DNA of 63,981 bases, filler included, from Choristocarpus tenellus KU-1152 (lineage: Eukaryota; Protista; Phaeophyceae): the NCBI GenBank assembly GCA_964200185.2. It is 10 parts of 10 records of this genome, joined end to end, with 100 filler letters (N's around TTAATTAATTAA, not from the genome) between each part and the next. Parts side by side here need not be neighbours in the genome. Positions count along the whole stretch, not along the records: positions 21,875 to 30,617 come from CAXNAD020004378.1; positions 30,718 to 33,689 come from CAXNAD020023251.1; positions 33,790 to 37,610 come from CAXNAD020017730.1; 7 more parts are not named here. One strand, 5' to 3'. Below the pieces are notes generated by a model. That model searched no databases, was not told the DNA's origin, and saw only the letters and a program-made list of their open reading frames with translations. A program made the position numbers and the translations under genes. Of the stretch, positions 25,620 to 37,238 are shown one piece after another (within the stretch, counting starts at the first letter, position 1; each line of letters begins with the position of its first letter).

Positions 25620-25877
25620 GAGTTAAAGTATCTTAGAGGGTACGAGTTTTGCCCTGTTTGTCCATTTGGGGCTTGGCTTCTCATGAGTATTTTCACGACA
25701 TTTTCCTACTCCAAAATGTTTCGGAGTAGATGAAATGTATATGTTATGAAAAGGTGTGTCTGGAACATGGACATTGTCACTTCCTAACTAACACGATAGC
25801 CAAAATTACATTGAAAACGCAACATTGGTTTTTGGGTCCCAGTTGGACGCGGCTCTACCCTCTAAGATACTTGGCTC
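25620..25877 (+). mobile_element. MITE family A, 4-bp TSD CTTC
   Basis: GAGTTAAAGTATCTTAGAGGGTA ... TACCCTCTAAGATACTTGGCTC, flanked by CTTC. Confidence 0.92.
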
Positions 25878-26864
25878 CTTCCACAACTATATATGTGTTC
25901 TGTGTGTAATAGAAGATGCAGACTGAGCAGACATTTTAAACCTCTCTATCATCACCACCACCTCAGAGGCCGCTCCCACTCCTTTACAATTCCTATCTCC
26001 CTTCTTTTTGGTTATCGATTGAACTACACTCTCCGGACCTCGATCACCAACATTGTCCTCACTCAACACCTTCCACGGTTATCGGCAAACCTCCCCCTGT
26101 TAAAACGTAGGCTACTCATCTGTTTGTTTCTTGATACGATACAGTTCCACCAGTCAACATTGACTGTTGATTACTCTGTTACGTTCTGGACGTTACTTTC
26201 ACTAGTTCATCATCACCACATCAATTACAATCAGAACACCTTAGTACAGAACAGTCGCTCTGTGTTCCACTCAAATAGTATTGCATAGTATACGACACTT
26301 GAGTTGCATCACATATAGTTCAGGTTTGTTATCTTGTTCTCTTGTTTGTTTTTCTTTCACGCTCTCTTCTTATCAGCAGAAGATGACAGTTGTATGTTGA
26401 TGGTTGATTATTATTTCTTTCCTGACTGTCATTGATCCCTCAAAATGCACCAAACTCACTCTGCAATAAGTGTACCTAGCACACGCATGGATGTAATATA
26501 ATCAGAGATAAGACCGTCGGCGGAAACCCTTGCCAGCCGGGGTAACAAGCCTCTCCACAGAGCATGGACTTCTTTCATTGCGTACCACATGAAAGAACAC
26601 TGAATTCACATCACGTCATTTTGGATTGAGCAACCAAGAATACTGAATTCACATTGCATCATTCTTGACAGAGAGATCAATGACCTCAGTTACAACAGAA
26701 TAAATACATCGGTGCTTTGCATCACATCATAACATAGACTACGCATATCCTTCATCGGTTCTTTGCAACACCATGATTCCTCATCGCCCGTAGTCTACGC
26801 ATTTTGCTTATATGTACAATGTATTCGATTCAAGTTTCAACAAGTTATGAACCTCAACACATGA

Positions 26865-26966
26865 TCAACACATGCAACCAAATCACTCAAAAATTGCGAC
26901 ATGGAGAAATGGACCCCAAATGTACAGCCGCTACCCCCCTCCCCCCCCCCCGAGATACTTTGAGAC
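26865..26966 (+). mobile_element. MITE family B, partial (one end)
   Basis: ATGCAACCAAATCAC...GACCCCAAATGTACAGCCGC-polyC-GAGATACTTTG matches the right half of 50735-50913. Confidence 0.7.
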
Positions 26967-29927
26967 CATTCGCTTGTTGTAATGCCCAAAACAGGACGTT
27001 TTGATGCACTCCTCGTTGCTGCCATTATCCAACACCTCACTCTCCACACTGCTGAAAATCACAAACAATGGGAAAGAGCCAAAGCAATGTGCTGCAGAAG
27101 TTTACCCCCTTAGTAGAGTGTATTTACCAGCACATTCCTCCTCACACACATTTCGCACTAAGGACTCCATGTACTCACCCCTTCCAAGGGAGAGCGTGTG
27201 GGCCCCTCAGTACCAATCAGGACAGAACCGACCTCCACCACTTCCACCTCTGTGTCGTCTGATCTGCTAGTCCAGAAGACAGTTGGGACAAGTCAGTAGA
27301 AAAACAGTCAGACATGAACATGTAGGACAAATGTGTGTGTGTGGGTGCGGGTGCAGGTGTGGGTGTGTGTGCTTGTGTGAATTTTGATTTGGTACCAAGG
27401 GGTTGTTGTGAAAATATGTTGGTGTACACAGATTGAGAGCGGTGTGAGAACGTTTTGCCATAGGTGTACACACACGCACGCATACTCACACACACGCGCG
27501 CGCACAAAAAAGATCAAGCCCAAAGTGTAATCCATGGGAAAGGTGGTTGCCGTGGTGAAAATGATGAGAGGTCAGCACATCCCATTGAACAACGTAAAAC
27601 CAAAACACCACCCTTCCCCTGGCCGCACATCGTCTTCTTCAGCCCTCTTACCCATTGTCCCATTGGTATGTTGACTCCGTCTGCACTTCTTGAACCGAAA
27701 GCACCTCACCCTTTGCGTCCTTTGTGATTGGGGTTAAGGTTGGTGCTGAGGTTGCAGTTTCTCTTGGATGTTAAGATCTACATTACGGGGAGCATTTGAA
27801 CAGAGACGGTTCAATGCATACTCTACTTCTGAAGGGAGATTCTTGCTTTGAATGGATGATTGACAACAAGGTTGGAGTCACTACCAATGCCAGTACAGAG
27901 TGAGCTGAATTTCAATTTCAAGGTAGAACTCTGGAAACATTTTCATTCTTGGTGATTTTGGTTCATGCACGAAGATGAGATGGCCACAGTGTACGTTCGG
28001 TCGATGTGGTTTAATCGTTCTTGTGAAATGCTGTCAATTCGAAGTATAAGAAAAAAACTAGGCTGAGTAACAATTTGCGGGTATGTGGAATTGTATCTCA
28101 TTGCACAGAAGTCTCAAGATGTAGAAAAATTCGAAGAATGCCGTCTACCATGCCATTTCTAAAGGATATAGTATATTTCAAGCCAGATGGAAGGTAGAGC
28201 ATCGATGTACGCATAATAGTGTAGGTACCAACTTTTAAGTGAGTGTTGTAGTATAGCTGTATTAAATTGTAAATGGTTTTTGGAGAGATATTTTGTTCAT
28301 TCACAACAACCGTTACGTTACAGGGGCCCTAGTGATTTTGGTTTGGCTCTTTCTCTGGCACATGGCTTTTTCCTCTGACGCGTCTGCAAATTCAGAGGAA
28401 AAGGTAGTAAACATAGTTTCATCATGTCCTAAGAGGTCTTTGCTATTTTGAAGTCAGATAGCATCATCCTCAGGTTAAGAGGATGTGTCATCCTTGAAGT
28501 ATTCACGGCAGTCACGTCTTGAAGTGTATGTCCTCATCATATTTAACAAAAACCACTCCCAGGGTTCGCAAGCTGTTAGGCTACATTTTCGGTTTCGCTC
28601 AAGAGTTGCTATCCCTCGAATCATCAGGAAATTCCTTTCTCCTGGAGGAGGTTCCTAAAGTGCAGCTGTGTGTCTTGGTGGTGTGTCAGCCTTTTGGCAA
28701 ATGAGCAACCATGATGGAGACCGAACCTATGAAATCAGCGTTTGTTGAAACATGGTTGAAACCCTGAGCTATTGGAAAGAAGTCAGCGCTGAGTACTTCT
28801 CGGTAGGTCGGTGGTACACTAAGAATAAAAGGATGACTATTGTATCCGTGTCATGGTTACATATCCGCCAAAAGTCTAACACACACTGACAAGATTCAGA
28901 ACAACACTTCAGTATTGCCTCGCCGGGAAAGATAGTCCTTCATTAGAGGAACAGTAACCCATGAGCGAAGATTTATCAAGCCTAAGAGATTGCAAACCCT
29001 GCGATTAGCTTTTGGCTATACTTTCCGGTCGCTCAGGGGTTCATTCAAGTTTCAACATGGGCCACCTGGGCGCCAGGAAGAGTTTACAGCGTGCTTCCGT
29101 TTTTCTCAATTTCCATCAAAATAAAGACTGCCATACGGCCTTACCACCAATGTGAGTCAAAGGCAGTGACCTTAGCACTACGTCTAACTCTCTGTTGAGA
29201 TATTAATTGCTGCAGAGTCAGCTGATCTGATTTCACGCAGAACAAAACGATCCGGAGAAAGAGCCCCCTTGTCCCAGCAACTATATGCACTAAGCAGTAC
29301 AAGTTCTATAAAGAGATATTTTTGCTTTTAAGAGATTGAAATACCACGGGGTGAGGAAGGGAAGAACTGTCAAAAGGCAAAGGCACCAGAAACATCACAC
29401 CTTTATCTTTTGAGGATGTATTTTTCGAAGCGCAAAGATACACCCGACCATTAATACACCACATAGAAGAAGACAAATCCAAGCACGATGAGCCTGGAGA
29501 AAGCGGAAGGCAGGCGCGATGCATGGGCATACACGACAGGTGGACAGAGCTTCAAATTCAAGGTGATGGAACATGTAGAAAGAATCGAAAAGCGTGAAAG
29601 AAATTTGGAAACAGTTTATACTATATATATGCAAACTACGGTTAGGAGTCACAGCTAGTACACCAGGAGAATCGAAATGTCAGGAGGGAACACTTGGATC
29701 AGTCAACAGTATTAAGAATAGCGTGCTGAAACGTGGAAAACATCAACAGCCCTTGAAACAAACTCTTCATCTAGCAAGAAACCTTGTGGCAGTCAACCCT
29801 CCACACAGTACACAAACAACTGGAACACAAAACACTCAAATGATTCATCAGCGTAGCTTGCAATTCGAAATATCAAGGAAAGGAAGTCCTTTCCTACTGC
29901 AAACACTGCAAACTCAGCATGCGATCA

Positions 29928-30186
29928 GAGTGAAAGTATCTTAGAGGGTACGAGTTTTGCCCTGTTTGTCCATTTGGGGCTTGGCTTCCCATGGGTTTTC
30001 TAACGATATTTTCCTACTCCAAAATGTGTCGGAGTAGGTAAAATGTATACGTTATGAAAAGGCATGTCCGGAACAAGGATAGAAAAGACTTCCTGACAAA
30101 CACAGAAGCCGAAATTACATCAAAATCACAACATTGGATTTGGCCCCCAAATGGACGCGGCCCTACCCTCTAAGATGATTTGGCTC
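29928..30186 (+). mobile_element. MITE family A, 3-bp TSD TCA
   Basis: GAGTGAAAGTATCTTAGAGGGTA ... TACCCTCTAAGATGATTTGGCTC. Confidence 0.9.
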
Positions 30187-30717
30187 TCACATCACATTTA
30201 CAAGAACTAAGCATTATGCAAGAGATTTGGATGGACGTGTTGAAATATGCAAAAGGGTACGTTGAGTCAATGTTTGCGCGCTTGCTATATGAAACTGCAC
30301 GGTTATATATATATATACACTATTCCGGATACACATTTCATTTGGCACAAATTATGAGAGGGACAAACGAAAGCAAGCACATCGTCTTTGAGGGCAATCT
30401 GCTATTAGATGTAGTCTCCCCCATAGATGAAATAACAACCAGTATAGAACAACTGCTAATGGCTCGTTCATCTTACCATGTTCCTTAGAAATATAATATC
30501 ACCTGTTGAAACCTAAACGAAGGGGTATCGTGTGAGGCTCATAACCTGTTGAAACCTGAATCGAATGCATCGTACATGTATGTAAAATGCGTAGAATACT
30601 AGCGATGAGGAATCATGNNNNNNNNNNNNNNNNNNNNNNNNNNNNNNNNNNNNNNNNNNNNTTAATTAATTAANNNNNNNNNNNNNNNNNNNNNNNNNNN
30701 NNNNNNNNNNNNNNNNN

Positions 30718-30819
30718 TGCATGCGTTGGATAGATAATGTAAGTGCACGTTTCATGGTCAGGGCTCTCGAATGGACACCCTGGTGTAGACCCCCCCCCCC
30801 CCCCCAGATACTTTGAGCC
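30718..30819 (-). mobile_element. MITE family B, partial at contig start
   Basis: ATGGACACCCTGGTGTAGAC-polyC-AGATACTTTGAGCC is the reverse complement of the left half of 50735-50913. Similar B ends lie at the contig edges 37711-37740, 42108-42128, 42229-42272, 46084-46126 and ~61080. Confidence 0.75.
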
Positions 30820-31016
30820 TGTATGTTTCTGTGACTTCTGCTCACTAACCCCCCTGTCTCCCTCATTGTTGTCTGGTACTTGAAGTTCACACGGCACTCA
30901 GTGGTGATGATATAGTACGCAAGTGTGATCGTTGATTTTAGGCGAGAGCCAATGTGTCAGTTACTTGTATTGCCGCTGGGTAACAACTGGGGAGTCAACA
31001 GTTCCGTTGTTTGATT

Positions 31017-31280
31017 GAGTCAAAGTAATCGAGAGGTGCTCAGGTTTTTGCCCGTTTTGCATTTAGAGCCAGTTGTTCAATTCTTTTGTTATTCACATAT
31101 ATTTCTATGGATGGAGTTCTAAGTTTGACTTGAGAGCGTTTATTTCTCTACTGTTTGAAACAGTTCGACATACTTCAGAAAGTATCCTATACGCATTTGA
31201 AAAAAAGAATGATAAATTTTGCATGTATGTCCCGACATCCTTAAAATGCAATTGTGGGTACCTCTCGCCTACTTGGACTC
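31017..31280 (+). mobile_element. MITE family C, 3-bp TSD ATT
   Basis: GAGTCAAAGTAATCGAGAGGTGCTCAG ... GTGGGTACCTCTCGCCTACTTGGACTC, flanked by ATT. Confidence 0.8.
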
Positions 31281-31579
31281 ATTGCATGCTGAAGCAACCT
31301 CTAGCAAATAGACATTTTGAGTATCTTATCCTTCGAAGTACAATTCATGTACAGATATTTGTATATAGGAGACAAGCTACACTAGTAAGGGGGGAACTTG
31401 ATCGGTTGATCTTCCCTTCATGCCCCGTGCAATTGTAGCAAGCCCATCGACATCACACTACCTCCCACTACTCATGGGTTTTCACCGTCATGATTTTGAT
31501 CTAGTGGTCTGCCATGGCATGTCACATATGTCAAATTGCCTTGCAACGATGCTTTCGTGGCCTCAAAATCTCGGTCAAG

Positions 31580-33497
31580 GGATCCATCGTGGAGCGCTTG
31601 TACCGGACACCGCTCGAAGATACCAACAGGAAGCTGGCTCAGGTGCAGTCCAGGGAGGAGCACGAGGTTGGTGGCTGCACATTTCGCCCAGACATTGCTG
31701 CCAGCCAGAGGTGTGTATGTACGATGTAAAGTCGTGTAGTAGAGGGGGGGGGGGGATGTGGCAATACAACAATGAAAACAGCTTTATTATTATTATTATT
31801 ATTATTGAACACATGTTCTTAGGTTGGTTACCCCCCTTGTTGTAAACTTTAAAGGGTTTGCTGTTCGAATAAATTTTCCTGACCAATCCATTCCCCTCCA
31901 CTGATCTCCTCCACTGAGCCTCACGTTTTTCTGACAGCACGATTTACTTTCTGCTGCCCCCATGCCTCATAGCAGTCATTGGCTACAGGCTATATTAATG
32001 AACCGTTGTGAGCATTTCTTTCCTGTTCCACTTTTTTATGTTTCTCTCGTGTTGGGCTGTAACAAAACAGTACTTTAGGAAAGGGAAAAGTACAGCATAG
32101 GTGTTATTTTTGGGTCAAAAGGGTTGAGATAGTGCAATTTTTGCAGCTGCCAGTTCATCACAATATAGACATACGCAATTGGTGCACATGAGTGAAAGAA
32201 TCTTAAGAGGGTAGGAGTTTTGCCCTGTGTGTCCGTTTGGGGCTTGGCTTCCCTCGGTTTTTTTGTATGACATTATCCTACTCTGAAATGCTTCGTAGTA
32301 GGAAAATGTATACGTTACGAAAAAGTGTGTCCGGAACGAGGATATTGACACTTCCTGAAAAACACGATAGTCAATATTCCATCAAAATCACAACATTGGA
32401 TTTTGGCACCCAAACGGATGCGGCTCTACCCTCTAAGATATACTTTGACTCCATTACAGACAGAGCAATGCACCACACTATTGACCCGAAGCATTTAAGA
32501 GGGTAGGGCTGCATCCGTTTGGGCTCGCAAGTCCAATGTTGCGATTTTGATGAATTTGGCTATCATGTTTGTTGTCAAGTGTCCATATCCTTGCTACAGA
32601 CACACCTTTCATAGTTGTATGCCTTTCAGGTAGTTGTGTACACGCAGAAAACCGAAAAAGGGCACGAAAAACCCATGGGAAGCCAAGCCCCAAACGGACA
32701 GACAGGGGAAAACACTTACCCTCTTTAATGATTTGGGTCATTTCCATATTCGGTGACGAAAACCAAAACACATTTACAAAAATAAAATGAAGAACATGTC
32801 TACTACCTATTGCCATGCATATACTAGTACAACACTGTTTCGTGGTGGAAACGTTTTTGTTCTTGTGGTGGAGTTTTGATATTCTTCTGCAGTAACGGCA
32901 CAAGCAAACCGACTACACTTCTTGATACGTAAATTCCGTTCCAATTTTCAGAACATTATCTTACCTCTCCTGGCGTACCTACCTATTTTCCTAATATCAG
33001 CATGACTTCCACGTGCCTTCAGAGACCATCCGTGCCCATCTTTAGCCACCTTCATGAATTGCATAGGGCTCATGAATTCAAGATCAACGCTAAGAAGGAG
33101 GTAGGTCTTGAGGATAGAGCATGAAGTGGTTAAGACGAAGTGATAGTTTGTTTCAGTAGTGTGTGTGTACTACTGCAGGTCTTGAGCTCGAGATATCTAA
33201 CTGTGTGACAACCAGCTTTGGAAAATCGAAACAGTATCCGCATGTGTCTTTTTTGAGGGGGAGTGCTTTCCTGCCCGCATGCTTTTGGACTTCTCAGCTC
33301 ATGCACCGTCACTCTCACATCCAACCGCTGCTGGCTTGCAGACTTTGGAGGCTGAGAAGATGAAGGAGTGCACGTTCAGCCCAAAACTTGTCGCGAAGTC
33401 AAAGGTCGCCTCACCCACCAAGAAACCAGAGGATGAGTCTGTGTACGAACGTCTGTTCCAGAGGACAACCACGGCTGGCCTTGAACAGGAGAGTCAA
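31580..33497 (+). CDS. Internal exons of a 'CTFxP / ERLY' repeat protein (probable microtubule or cytoskeleton-associated)
   Basis: Phase-compatible exons. 31580-31710: GSIVERLYRTP...EVGGCTFRPDIAASQ. 33001-33100: MTSTCLQRPSVPIFSHLHELHRAHEFKINAKKE. 33342-33497: TLEAEKMKECTFSPKL...SVYERLFQRTTTAGLEQESQ. The first acceptor (AAG) is less certain. Confidence 0.75.
32190..32451 (+). mobile_element. MITE family A (intronic), 3-bp TSD CAT
   Basis: GAGTGAAAGAATCTTAAGAGGGTA ... TACCCTCTAAGATATACTTTGACTC. Confidence 0.88.
32483..32739 (-). mobile_element. MITE family A, diverged subfamily (intronic), 3-bp TSD ATT
   Basis: GACCCGAAGCATTTAAGAGGGTA ... TACCCTCTTTAATGATTTGGGTC, flanked by ATT. Confidence 0.85.
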
Positions 33498-34060
33498 GTG
33501 AGTGACTTGTTAATTTTCCTCAAGAGTGAGACCAAACGAAACGTGGTATTGCAAGCATCTGCCTAGATGAGTCATTGCCTGCTATAGAAAGAGAGAAATA
33601 TAAGTATGGGTGCTATCTCCATATGGTGACCGCTGACTGAGCGATTTTTTTGGAGCATACCGTTTGCTCTGCTCTACTCACACTCTCCANNNNNNNNNNN
33701 NNNNNNNNNNNNNNNNNNNNNNNNNNNNNNNNNTTAATTAATTAANNNNNNNNNNNNNNNNNNNNNNNNNNNNNNNNNNNNNNNNNNNNTTGAAATGGTG
33801 GAGAAATATGTCAAAAATATTTGGCCTTTTTTTGGGGTTTTTTCCCCCCATCTCCCCCCCCCCCCCCCCTCCCGAGTGATGCTCTTTCAAGTGTTGGTTT
33901 TATTGCCGACTATTTCCCTCCCAAGGATGTGCTTTTATGGGACTGTCCAATAAACATGTGTATATATATTTCTCCTTAATTATCGTAGTCTTGTTCTAAA
34001 GGAATGTGTGCATACATGGTTTTGTTTTTGATGTGTTATCAATTTCTTTTGTATTTACAG

Positions 34061-37000
34061 TGCTCGCCTGCTTGAGCCACACATGACACTCATCAAGCTC
34101 AGGGAAAAGGATGGGGAAACCAAGTCTGTTCACCATCAGTTGGAGCTCCTGCTAACACACTTCACCAGACTTGTGGATGATGAAAAGCTGATAGGAAAGA
34201 TTTGGGGAAGGGTAAGTGATATCTGTACGGTGTAGGGGGTGGGTGAATATCATGATTCTAGCTCTCTAGACACTGAAACATCTTGCCAAACCACCAGGCT
34301 GATGATAGGCTCTTGGACTGTTGTTCACAGTTTTTTTTGCTATATTTGACCACCTCATGAAAGGTATGCTCAATGCCATGATTGCCCTATAGCAGGCGCT
34401 ATCCATTACAATGTTAGAGGTTGCTTTTCTTAAAATATGTAAGACGGTTGTGCAGATAACGCCTGATTCTGTTTACTCTAGTGCAAGGTTTGTTCATAAT
34501 GCCCATTACCGAGTCAAACAGTGGGGTGGTTGTCGTTTGATGTGTGAGATCCTTAGGTGCAAGTGGTCCAGCCTGTTTGCTCTGTTACGGAACCCGCCTG
34601 TTGTTCAGAACAATTTGTTTATTGTTCCGTTTGCATAATTATTCTTTTGGAAAGAAACCCACTTTTTTTATCATACATATATACTCCCTCTGTCCCGTAA
34701 GCCTGTTTGTTCCCTTATGCATGCACCTCTTCGGGATGACCTCCGGAGGTAATTTGTTTCAAGGACGAATTTTTGCGTTGGATCTTGCAGAAAAGTTTTC
34801 CGTAAGATGAGTCGTATTTGAAAAAAGAAATCCAGAAATTGTTCTGAAAATGTGGAACAGAGGTTAGTAGGCGGGCATAGGTCCACAAGAAGGAACTGAA
34901 TGAATTGTTGTATTGAAAGGGTTTATCGATGGCGTTGACTCAATCCGAGAAAAGGTACTCTAATGAAACAAAAAAGTCATCAAGGAATCCAATGCAGAAA
35001 TCCGTTTTTGAAATCAGAGGTCATCCTGAAGAGGTACATGCATAAAGGAACAGACTTATGGGACAGAGGGGGTATTTTGCAATCAGCTTTAACTGTTCTA
35101 GAAGAAAGAAGTGAAATTGATCAAGAGAGAGAGAGAGATAGGAGAAAGAGGAATGATAAAAGGAAAAATATGCTTGATCGTTATGTCTATTCTGTGGCAT
35201 ACACTTGAGCAATCCCGATTAGTCCTGTTATGTTGAGTGTCCAGGACAGCGATACGTCGTGTTGGGCAGGGCTTGGGAGCGTATTCATGACTATACTTGT
35301 GTAGGTGTGCCTGCTAAGGTGCACTAACATGGTAGTGTACTTCTAAACTCCTGCTCTTATTATTAATAATAATATCCTACTTAGGGTTAGGGTAAGGGTA
35401 AGGGGGGTCATTGCGGTAAGAAAAATAATTTTTTATTTTGTTTTGGTGTTTGTTTTTGTCAATTTTGTTCATTGTACTGTACAGTAAGGCCCTCTCTCGT
35501 GTTGCCTTGGAGTGGACACACCCAAACCCATGTTACCATAATGGAGCCCGCCTGTCTGCCTTGGTTGTTTTTGTTTTAAAGACTCCTCTTGTTCCATACC
35601 ACCAATGCATTGTTATGTTGTTGTTTTTTTATTCTTTCCCTTCTGAGTTTTTTGCAGGTCAGATCGGGTGTACCCTTGTTTCGGAATCGTGGATCCGCTA
35701 GCTCTGGGCCATCATTAGCACATCCCTCTTCAGATGTTACAGGCACCAATGCTGCTCTGCCAGAACCACTCCTGGAACAGCCGGAGGGTGCTCTTCCACT
35801 TAGCCAGCTGACATCAGATGCCCTGGCGCTAGTTGTGGACGGACCCAGCCTGGTGAGTGAATTGTGGGATTGTGGTTGTGTTGTGTTGTGTTGTGGTGAC
35901 TGATGGTGTGTTGGCTTATTGCCTTGGTGGGCTTGTCTTGTAACGAAGTCTGTTGTTGTGAAGTGTTGTCTTTTTTGTGTTTGCTGAAGTCAGTCAAAAG
36001 TTGGAAAGTTGTGTGCTGGGAGGTGACTTAAATTGTGGTTGCAGTGTTTTTTTTGTCTTTGGAAGTGGTTTGAAGCACTAGTAGCCTTGTTCTTCATTAA
36101 TCTGTTTGTTGGTTGCAGCTTCCTTGTTATGTTGGGGTTTAACTTCAGGCAGGCGTATGATATTTTGCAGATACATGTGATACATGTGATGTATTACCAA
36201 CACATTATCATAATGTAACAGATACCCCCCTTTCGTTAACCTCACGCGTCCACTACTGTCAGAGTCATCCATGCTTCACCTCTACAGTCATGCACAATCC
36301 TGCTTTTTCTAAATCCCTAACCTCATCTAACCTCATCTGTCCCAAACTTTGTCTGCCCCTCATCCCTAACCCCATTCCTGCTCTCCTGATCTGATATCCC
36401 TCATCACCCCTCAGGGGCATGTCCTGGGTAATCCAGACACAGAGCAGATGTTCCTAACCATCGGAGGCATGTGCAAGAGTGTGATTGCGTGCCGCGTGAG
36501 TCCCGCTCAGAAACGCCTTCTTGTGCGTCTTGTCAAGCGTGGGGTGCAGCCCACTCCGATTACTCTGGCTATTGGGGATGGTGCCAATGATGTGGGCATG
36601 ATCCAGGAGGCGCAGGTGGGTTAAGAAGAGGGGTTACTAACTCCAAATGAGACAGGGGAGAGAAGAGGGTATTTGTTTGTGGCAGGTGAAATTATTGTTT
36701 CATTTGCTGCTGTAGTAATGTAACCAATCCACGAAGACCAGATTCTCTTTTTTTAACCTTGTTCTTGCGCCACCGGTGGCGATTGTTGGTAGAAAGTACT
36801 GGTCTAGGGTTAGTCATTGGTGTAATATTGACGTAGTGGAGTGGTGTAAGTGTCATTGGTGGTGCTTAACTCTCCTGCAGGGAGGTATTTTTTGTTTATT
36901 TTTGTTTTTCTTGATCTTATTTAAAAAAAATGGTTTTAATGTTTGTTGGAGACTCTTGTCTGCAATACCGCTTGTGAGGCCTGGTGTATATCATAGTTCA

Positions 37001-37238
37001 GTTCCGATAAATAAAAAAATACTACCCATCTAATACAAGCATCCATAGTTATTTATAACTTACAGGTTGTTCAATTCCCCCCTGCTCTTACTAATATTTG
37101 AATCAGCTTGGAGTGGGCATCAGCGGGAAGGAGGGTCGTCAGGCAGTGAATAACGCTGACTTTGCCATAGCACAATTCCGATTCCTTAAACGCCTGATGC
37201 TAGTCCATGGTCACTGGAATTATCGTCGCCTCTGCAAG
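34061..37238 (+). CDS. P4-type ATPase (phospholipid flippase, DRS2/ALA/ATP8-like), internal 4 exons
   Basis: 34061-34211: [13 protein letters not shown].... 35658-35852: ...[11 protein letters not shown]. 36415-36615: [14 protein letters not shown]...[18 protein letters not shown]. 37107-37238: [41 protein letters not shown]. These are diagnostic P4-ATPase motifs and the exon phases are consistent. Confidence 0.95.
34684..35072. mobile_element. Stowaway-like (Tc1/mariner) MITE, TA TSD, in P4-ATPase intron
   Basis: TA|CTCCCTCTGTCCCGTAAG ... CTTATGGGACAGAGGGGG|TA, with about 100 bp of imperfect inverted arms. Confidence 0.88.

Noticed and set aside
1438-37238. Scramblase plus flippase as a lipid-asymmetry gene cluster
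   Set aside because: They are on different contigs separated by three artificial linkers, so linkage is unsupported.
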